Made by a program: the position numbers and the translations under genes. 64,000 nucleotides of DNA, from NCBI GenBank assembly GCA_036867785.1, contig CP145415.1, positions 372,001 through 436,000 on the forward strand, read 5' to 3'. Position 1 is the stretch's first letter. Each line of letters opens with the position of its first letter. Under the pieces are notes generated by a model. That model ran no database searches. It saw only the letters and a program-made list of their open reading frames with translations, and was not told the DNA's origin. The stretch is from Plasmodiophora brassicae (Eukaryota). Below, one piece after another: positions 56,464 to 64,000 of this stretch.

Positions 56464-57684
56464 ATGGCGACGCCTCCGCGCATGCCCCTGACTCCGCCGT
56501 TCCCGTTCCTGGAGTCGCCATTCACAGCGGGCATGGTGCCACCGGCCCCGCTCTGCCTGACGGGCGGCCCGTTCGTCCTCACCGCCGCAGGTCGGCCCCG
56601 ACTTAGGCCTATTTTTACGTCATCTCTCTCAGCATGAGTTGCAGGGGGTGGACCTTCCCTGTCCGTCAGCGATTCGCGAACGGCAACGATTGGCTCGGGC
56701 AGCAGCAGCAGCAGCAGCGGCAGTAGCAGCAGCAGTAGCAATAGCAACGCGACGCCCGCACCGCTGCCTGCCATTCGGATGAAGATTGCCGCCCACCGAT
56801 GGAAGGAGGTCACCGAATTCATGCCCGGCGGCATACCGGTCGTCGAGATCCGCCCGTACAATAAGGCGGATGGTAAACGGTACCTGTACGTGCGGGCGGA
56901 CCTACCGGACGGGCCTGCCCCACGAATGACGGCCCGATTCCGCGTCAGGAGACCCAGCTCGGGCGAGTGGCTCGGTACGTTTCAGGGTCAGCGCGCGCGC
57001 GCGACGCGACGTCCATTAACGGAACCGCTGCAGGGTACCTGACGCCGGCTGCAATGGACTCCCTACCGATCGCTGCACTGAAGACCGATCTGCGCCAGTA
57101 CGACGTTCAGGTTGTCGGCCGTTTCGCATCGTATCGCGCGTGTTGCATCTGACGGCCATGCCGCGTAGATCAAGAGCAACCTGTCGTTGCAGGTGAGCCA
57201 GGCAGTGGTGACTCGGTTGGATGGAGACAACATTGGCCGCTGTGTCACACCTCCCGTCACCGATCAGCTGCAGCTGGTCGTTTCCATGCGCGTTCCAAAC
57301 GATGGCAGCTGGAGAGACATCGCACGGCTACCATTCTACCGTGTCAAACGCCGCAACAAGCGCGGCAGCGGTGGGACCGCATCGCAACCCTGCCCAGCCA
57401 CCGACCAGGCCAACAAACGGCAATGTATTCCTCCGCCAATAGGTCGAACATCCCGTGGAACGTAACCTGGATGCATGGCGCTCACGTCCTCGTCAGGTCA
57501 ACAAGGCTCCCCGTTGCCGTTGCCGTCCGAAGAGTCGTCGATCATGTCCATGCTGCTGTCGGGGAAGCTGTTCGAGCACACCACCGTTGAATTCCCTCCG
57601 GTATCCTATTCGGAACACGATGACCACCATCCGCATGCGGCTCATCGGCACTTGCGCCCGATATGGGCCGACGATGACCAGTGA
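56464..57684 (+). CDS. Hypothetical multi-exon protein, unrecognised
   Basis: Open segments separated by plausible GT-AG introns; Pro/Ser-rich N-terminus; basic motif RVKRRNKR. Confidence 0.5.
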
Positions 57685-57796
57685 CGGGCGGGCCGCTACG
57701 TTTGCCCGGGCACAACCTCTTAGTCCACCACCATAACCGACTGTCGAAATGCGTTCCCTTCCCTGGTTAACATACAGAACAGCCGTTACCGCCTCG

Positions 57797-59311
57797 CTAT
57801 AGCACATCGTTTCCCGCCGTGTTATCGGACGTAGGGCTCGGCACCCTGTCCGGTAATTCCAGCTCCACCGTCTTCCCGTCCGTGGTCGTCGACAACGCCC
57901 TTCTTCGGACGGCGATATGGCAGAGGACAACAGCGAGTAGCGCCATGGTGCCTCCGAGCGTCACGTACTTGGCATGAATCGACAGCTGGAGGACAGGCCC
58001 ACAGATGAACTGCAGCGACACTTGCACGACGAGCGACAGCAACGTGCTGAACAGGATGGCGAACCCTCGCACCGATGTGGGCAACCTGTCCAAGTCGACG
58101 GTTAAAACTCTCAGACGACGACGACACGGAAGGGGCGCGGTTCCGAACTCGCAGGCAATGATGGAGGTGGCCGCCGTCATGCAGTACTCGAGGATGGCGC
58201 AAATGCCGCACAGGCAGGCGTACGCCAATGCGATCGTCGACGCCAGACCCGATACGACCAGCAGGGCCGCGATCGACACGGATCCACAGAGCATGATCGG
58301 CACCGGGTGACGGTTCTACGCCACAGAGACACACACATTAGTACCGTGGAAGAAGACGTCCAGGGGGTCGCATCTCACGATGAAACCAGATTGGCACCCG
58401 CTGAGCAGGGCAGCGCCAGCGGCCAGCAAACGGGAAACGGCGTAGATGATGCCGTTCAGGTTGGCGTTCGGGTCGATCTCGAAGAAGAGCGTCACGTGGG
58501 TCAGCAGGACCAGCTCCAGGACGGCATAGCCGACGACGAACCACACCGACCAGATCACGACGGACGGCGACGAATAGATCGCCCGGAGCAGGGCGCGGAG
58601 CTCGCCCAGCGACCGTAATCGAGGCGCCAGCGAGCCCGCAGGGTCGTGCTCGCACCGACGTGGCAGTCGCCGGGCGAACCCAATGACGGTTGCGAAGGAG
58701 ACCAGTGCGATCGCGATGCTGGCTTGCTGGACGGTGAAGAACCAGGTCCAGGCGGCGTGCAGGACATCGCGGAGCACCCAGCCGACCATCCCGCCAATGA
58801 CATGGGCGAGCAGGTTGCACGCTCGAACGTACCCGGTCATCTGGAAGTACATGGAGGCGGGCAGGATCGCGTACAGGTACGCGCTGAACGACACCTTGCA
58901 GGCGACGGCGATCCCGAACATGGCCAGCGCGATCTGATGCGGGTACAGGGCCGACGGGCGGGCGAACTCGTGCGCCAACGCCATGGCCAGGCGCAGGAGG
59001 ACGCCGACAACGATGACGGGGGCGTACCCCGCGCCGTACTCGCTGACGTACATCAGCGGGACGAGCGCCAGCGCCGACGTGTACGAGTACACCGGCCAGA
59101 TATGATGGCTGACGTCATCGTCGTGCAGGGCGCAGACGCGGACGAAGAACTCGTGCAGGTACCCGTAGACTGCAACAGTGGCGCGGCGTCAGACGCAGGG
59201 GGCCACGCGGGGTCCGCACGCGCGCGCACAGCACTGACTCGGGTTGACCGACTGGAACAGCGACACGGCCAGCAGGCCGGCGCAGACGACGTGCAACGCG
59301 CCGACACCCAT
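57797..59311 (-). CDS. Reduced folate/thiamine carrier (SLC19-like MFS transporter), multi-exon
   Basis: PSQ..L, IWPVYSY, Y.PVIV, AYLYA......MTGYVRA..L and NG...AV motifs; many hydrophobic helices. Confidence 0.8.
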
Positions 59312-59448
59312 GATCGACCGTCCCGATGACGACGACGGGCGCGCCGTTCCTATATTTGGGACGGACCTGAGTACCTACTCGGTCTCAACCACCTTCTGCA
59401 GGGGGACGTACGACGTACCACGGTTGCTTCCGGGGGGCGGCTGGGGGC

Positions 59449-59630
59449 GGGTCCGGTCCGGTCTGGTCCCAGATGTGCAGACCCGGTCCCAGTTCGGTCG
59501 TTGTGACTCGTGTCGCGTTCCGGTCCGGTCCCAGTGACGGTCCGGTCCCGTTTACGGTCCGGTCCCACTTCAGGTCCGGTCCGGTTCAGTCCTGGACCGT
59601 GGAAGACCGGTCCCTGCGGTTCGGCCCTAA
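59449..59630. repeat. Degenerate GGTCC pentamer array, possibly a hAT-like subterminal remnant
   Basis: Multiple GGTCC/GGTCCGGTCC copies ending in CGGCCCTA. Confidence 0.5.
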
Positions 59631-59925
59631 TAATGCCAACGGAATCCGTGACGTACCGGATCCGGTTGGGGCGCGTCGTTTGGGCGGGTCAACGTACGCG
59701 ACGCTCTCGATATGCAACCGGTGATATTCAACCTCCGCGCAGGGCCCCACCGGTATCGGGGGCCCACCATGGCCGATGGCCAGGTAAGGCTATGCCACGA
59801 CGGGACCTGCTTCGATGAAGGAGCGCGCCCGCCCCGCCAGTCACAGGTCACCAATGGCACATGCGTGGATCGAGTACGCTGCGATCTCTGCCCATATACA
59901 GTAGGTAGACAGGGACCGAAGGAGC

Positions 59926-61326
59926 ATGAGCGTGGACGTTCGCGACGCCGTCCTATGGGTCCTGATCGGGTCCAGCCTGCTGATCAACCCGATCCTGATG
60001 GGCGTCTACTGCGGGAGGCGGCACCTGCAGCCGATCGCGCCCCGCATGCCGCTGACGACGATCGTCGTGTTCCTGGCCCTGTGGATCGGCGTGCTCAGCA
60101 ACGCGGCCGGGCAGATCGGCGGCATCCTGCCCTGCTGGATCGCCAACTTTGTATCGTCGTTTGCCAGTTCGATCGGCACCGTCGGCTATACGCTCAGGTG
60201 CGGCGTCCTGTCCCTGCAATGTCGCATCGCCCGGGCCAAGCTGCGGACGATAACGCCCCATCATCAGACGCGAGGCGCCAGCGCTGGCGTCGACCCAGAC
60301 GCGTCGGCGTTCTCTGCGATCCCGGTCGACCCCAGCAGCGGCGATTCGCAGGACGACGGCCCGGCGCTGGATAGGGCACCGTTGTCACGAGCGGACCAGT
60401 GGTTCCTGGACCATCAGTGGATGACGACCAGGGCGTTCTTCGTGCCGTTCTGGGCCTCCATCCTGGTCCCGACGCTGGCGATGGCCGTCTTCTCGGCGGC
60501 GTCCGACCCGGCCACCTGGGGACCGTGCCTGAAGACGCCGCTGGCGACGCTGGTGGCCCAGGTCTGGGCCGTCCCCTGGAACCTGCTCATTGTCTTCTTC
60601 TCCATCCGCCTGGTCGTCTGCGTCGACGGGTTCTACATCAAGCGCGAGCTCCTGTCCGTCGCCGGCCTCAGCGTCGTCCTGCTGGTCGGCTACCTGATCT
60701 CCGGCCAGGTCGCCTACTACCTGATCACGTACAAGAACCTGATCATCGCCACCTACATCACCCTGCAGATCGACATGTTCGTCGTGTTCCTGATGCCCAT
60801 CGCCCTATCCTACACGACGTTCAGCAACCAGGGCTCGGATGACATTCTGCCCGTCACGCTGGACGCGTTCCTGGACCGCGGCGACAAGACGCTCGTGCAG
60901 GCGTTCGCCGAGTTCCTCTGCCGGGAGTTCGCCGTCGAGAACCTCCAGTTCCTGCTCGCCGTGCGGGCCCATGCGCGCCGGTTCCCGTCTGCGATGCGCC
61001 GCGGGAAGCGCTGGAAATCCCAGACCATGACGAAGGTGCCGATCGACGCGGACGACACCTGTCGGCTGCTATCGCCGGCCGAGGCCGAACTCGCCGACGA
61101 GGCCTCCTCAATCTACAACATGTTCATCGCGTCGGGGGCCCCGCTCGAGATCAACATCTCCGGGGACGACAAGGACAGGATCTCCAACCGCATCATGTTC
61201 GACGCGGCGCCGTCCGCCGACATCTTCGACGACGCTGTCAGACAGATCCGGTCCATGCTGGAGTTCGGCGCGTTCCATCGGTTCCTGCGGTCGGAAGACG
61301 GCCGGCGCGCCCTCCAGTCGGGGTAG
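59926..61326 (+). CDS. 7TM-RGS protein, copy 1 (intronless)
   Basis: Seven hydrophobic segments, then RGS box FAEFLCREFAVENLQFL..IYNMFI..GAPLEINIS..F..RFL.S. Confidence 0.92.
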   Translation: MSVDVRDAVLWVLIGSSLLINPILMGVYCGRRHLQPIAPRMPLTTIVVFLALWIGVLSNAAGQIGGILPCWIANFVSSFASSIGTVGYTLRCGVLSLQCRIARAKLRTITPHHQTRGASAGVDPDASAFSAIPVDPSSGDSQDDGPALDRAPLSRADQWFLDHQWMTTRAFFVPFWASILVPTLAMAVFSAASDPATWGPCLKTPLATLVAQVWAVPWNLLIVFFSIRLVVCVDGFYIKRELLSVAGLSVVLLVGYLISGQVAYYLITYKNLIIATYITLQIDMFVVFLMPIALSYTTFSNQGSDDILPVTLDAFLDRGDKTLVQAFAEFLCREFAVENLQFLLAVRAHARRFPSAMRRGKRWKSQTMTKVPIDADDTCRLLSPAEAELADEASSIYNMFIASGAPLEINISGDDKDRISNRIMFDAAPSADIFDDAVRQIRSMLEFGAFHRFLRSEDGRRALQSG

Positions 61327-61491
61327 ACCAATACACAGTATATAGGTCGCGTGTGAGCCATGCACATGGGCGCGACGATCAGCAATGGTGCCAGGGCGGT
61401 CGTCGTCGCGTCTACCCACGTGGTGGTGGTGGCCGTGCTCGCGTTGCTGGATCGAGGAGTACAGTGCCGGGTAGTGTTAGCTGGAGGAGTG

Positions 61492-62850
61492 ATGGGCAGC
61501 GACGACGACCAGGGCGCCCTCCTGTGGCCGCTGATCGGGACCATCCTGGTGGTGAACCCGGTCCTGATGGCCGCCTACTACAAACGACGGCACCTGCAAC
61601 CGATCGCCGCCCGCCTACCGCTGACAACGGTCATCGTGTTCCTGGCCCTGACGATCGGGGCGAGTGCGTCGGCGGCCGGGCAGATCGGCGGCGTCCTCCC
61701 CTGCTGGCTGATCGGGTTCGTATCCTCGCTGGCCGGCTCCGTTGGCACCATCGGCTACGCGCTCAGGTGTGGCGTTCTGGGCTGGCAGTGCCGAATCGCC
61801 CGTGCCAAGCTAGCCCGATCGGCGGCGCCTGCAGGCGACCTCGATCGAAGGCGGTCCGTCGTTTCGCCGGTCCCCATGGGCGCTGACATTGCCAAGGCGC
61901 CCATTACACGGCGCGATCAATGGTTGCTCGATCACCAATGGATCGTCACGAAGGCGTTCTTCGTACCGTTCTGGGTCGCCGTTTCGATCCCGGCGCTGGC
62001 CCTGGCGACGGCCACCGCCGTGTCGTACCCGGCGGCGTACGACCAGTGCCAGAACACGAACGACCTGGTGAACCTGTGCACCGATGTCTGGTTCGCGTCC
62101 TGGGACGTCCTCGTCGTTTACTTCTCCCTGCGCCTGGTCGTCTGCGTCGACGGGTTCTTCATCAGACGGGAGCTGATGCTGATCGCTGCGATGACCCTCG
62201 TCCTGGTCGGCCTGTGGCTCGTGCCCGCCCAGACGACGTTCCCGATTGCTCTCGTCGGGTACTGCGTTGTTGTGCTGCTCGACGTGCTGATTTGCTTTTT
62301 AATGCCCACTGTCCTGTCGTACACGACGTTCAACAGCCGAGCGGCCGACGACCTGCTGCCCATCACGCTGGACGCGTTCCTGGATCGACACGACCCAGCC
62401 CTGGTGGAGGCGTTCGCCGAGTTCCTGTGCCTCGAGTTCTCGGTCGAGAACCTCCAGTTCCTGCTCGCTGTGCGGCGGTACGCGCGCCGGTTCGCGTCGT
62501 CGCGTCGCAGGACGACCTGGATGGCAACAGCATCGCCGCCCCGGTTGTCGCTGGACACGTGGACAACGTCCGACGACGTCGCCGGCATCCAACCCACGTC
62601 CAGCGCCAACGACGACGCCCTGTCCATCTACAGCACGTTCGTCGCGGCAGGCGCCCCGCTCGAAGTGAACATCTCGGGCGATATCCGCGACGCCATCACG
62701 AAGCAGGTCCTCCTGGAGGCGACGCCTGGCGGCGGCGGCGGCGACGTCTTCGACGACGCCGCCAGGCAGATCCGCTCCATGCTGGAGTTCGGCGCGTTCC
62801 ACCGGTTCCTGCATTCGGAAGCGGGTCGGCACGCTCTGCAGACCGGATGA
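61492..62850 (+). CDS. 7TM-RGS protein, copy 2 (intronless tandem paralog)
   Basis: Same architecture, with EFSVENLQFL and APLEVNIS; ATG 61492 aligns with the start of copy 1. Confidence 0.92.
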   Translation: MGSDDDQGALLWPLIGTILVVNPVLMAAYYKRRHLQPIAARLPLTTVIVFLALTIGASASAAGQIGGVLPCWLIGFVSSLAGSVGTIGYALRCGVLGWQCRIARAKLARSAAPAGDLDRRRSVVSPVPMGADIAKAPITRRDQWLLDHQWIVTKAFFVPFWVAVSIPALALATATAVSYPAAYDQCQNTNDLVNLCTDVWFASWDVLVVYFSLRLVVCVDGFFIRRELMLIAAMTLVLVGLWLVPAQTTFPIALVGYCVVVLLDVLICFLMPTVLSYTTFNSRAADDLLPITLDAFLDRHDPALVEAFAEFLCLEFSVENLQFLLAVRRYARRFASSRRRTTWMATASPPRLSLDTWTTSDDVAGIQPTSSANDDALSIYSTFVAAGAPLEVNISGDIRDAITKQVLLEATPGGGGGDVFDDAARQIRSMLEFGAFHRFLHSEAGRHALQTG

Positions 62851-62888
62851 TAAACTGTGTGCATAGGGCGGACACACTCGCGTGTCGT

Positions 62889-63427
62889 TTACTGTGCGGA
62901 GGAGGCCTGGGCGGCGGCGCGGGCCCGCAACTCGTTCTGGGCGTTCGTGAACAGCTCCTGGATCTGCTGCACCTTCTGCTTCGACTTGTTCTGCTCGTCG
63001 CGCTTCGTGTTCAGCTCCTTGTCGATCGAGGCCAGCTGGCCCTGCATGAACGCCATCCGTTTCGCCGTGTTGCCCTTGGCTTCGTCCAGGTCCTGTCGAC
63101 ACCCCGAGGTAAGACAGTGGGCATCGAGCGCACGACGACGACGACGACGGCGTACTACCTGCTTGACGAGGACGGGGCCGAACATCTTGTAGACGGCACC
63201 ATCGGATTCATCGACGAGGGCGAGCCTGCGGATCAGGGTCAGGGTTCGCTGAACGCAACGCAGTGGTCTGCGGCTGACTCGCTCTGTACGTCGGCCGTCT
63301 CCTGGATCTGCGCCAGCAGCCTGGCCTTGTTGGCCTGCAGATTCTGTATGGGCGCGTTGAACGCCTGGAACGTCTTGTACTCGGCCTGGTAGGCCTCCTG
63401 CACCCGGGTCATCATGTGCTGGTCCAT
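62889..63427 (-). CDS. PFDN6: Prefoldin subunit 6 (beta type), 3 exons
   Basis: L.AQ..E...V..E|L.......VYKMFGPVLVK|QDLDEAK.N..KR. Confidence 0.85.
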
Positions 63428-63697
63428 GGTCGTCGTCGCACGTCGCGTCACGGACTCCGAGCTGCCTGCGTCTGCGTCGATCTACTGCCGCCGCCGCGCA
63501 ACGATCCGACCCCCGATGTGCGACTTGGTCAGCACGCCGTCTCGATGGGCGGCGTGCTGGCCAAGGGGGGAGGCGCACCAGATCGTCGACGGCGTGTATC
63601 GTCGCAACGCGATGGTCGACCTTTGGAAACGTCGCCGTCCGGCGTACTATCTCGAAACCAGGTAACTGACACGCTTGGCGGTCCACATATAGCCGCG

Positions 63698-63769
63698 TTC
63701 GGTATAGTTCAGGGGTCAGAATACGGCGCTTTCACCGCCGAGACCCGGGTTCGATTCCCGGTACCGAAA
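63698..63769 (+). tRNA. tRNA-Glu (TTC)
   Basis: Acceptor TTCGGTA/TACCGAA, anticodon arm CGGCG-CTTTCAC-CGCCG, T arm CCGGG-TTCGATT-CCCGG, downstream T tract. Confidence 0.93.
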
Positions 63770-64000
63770 CGACTTCGCCGGTTTCTTTTTGCCGGGCGAG
63801 CTGTGATGCAGTCTGGGGAACAGGGCGGTGGTCTCCTTCCTCCTTCCTGCACCGTTTGCAGGACCTGCGAAATCGCAGGGTACAGCGAGTCGATCCACTA
63901 GAGATGACGTCATCGACGCCATCGTCGGTGACGCAAGGAGAGTCGTACCAGGCAGCGGAGGCGTACTTCAAACAGCATGGCATCTTGCCGTTGTTTGACA

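Noticed and set aside
63800-64000. Possible 3' end of a minus-strand gene at the window edge
   Set aside because: Only a short fragment with one putative intron; product not identifiable

Overview
Eukaryotic DNA from a compact, GC-rich genome with roughly 55-65 nt spliceosomal introns. This is consistent with a phytomyxid such as Plasmodiophora, but that assignment is inference only. Positions 1 to ~29.9 kb form a deeply nested transposon cluster, mostly resolvable from terminal repeats and target-site duplications (TSDs). It contains a Ty1/copia element, four Ty3/gypsy elements (A-D; B, C and D carry a chromodomain), a Sola1-type DDD transposon, a CAGTA-ended non-autonomous element, a TA-targeting MITE family and a 55-bp hairpin insertion. 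Positions ~30-64 kb are gene dense: two head-to-head SAM-domain cyclic-nucleotide-gated-like channels, a myosin ending in a CaaX box, an alpha/beta hydrolase, Tudor-SN, a GT10 fucosyltransferase, choline kinase, tRNA-Ile, an HVA22/REEP protein, a secreted SKP1/BTB-LRR protein, a zf-HIT protein, an orphan gene, an SLC19-like carrier, two 7TM-RGS proteins, prefoldin 6 and tRNA-Glu. The top candidate for a novel system is that all four divergent gypsy elements lack a TGG tRNA primer-binding site. Each instead has a different perfect palindrome abutting the 5' LTR end, suggesting tRNA-independent fold-back or dimer priming.
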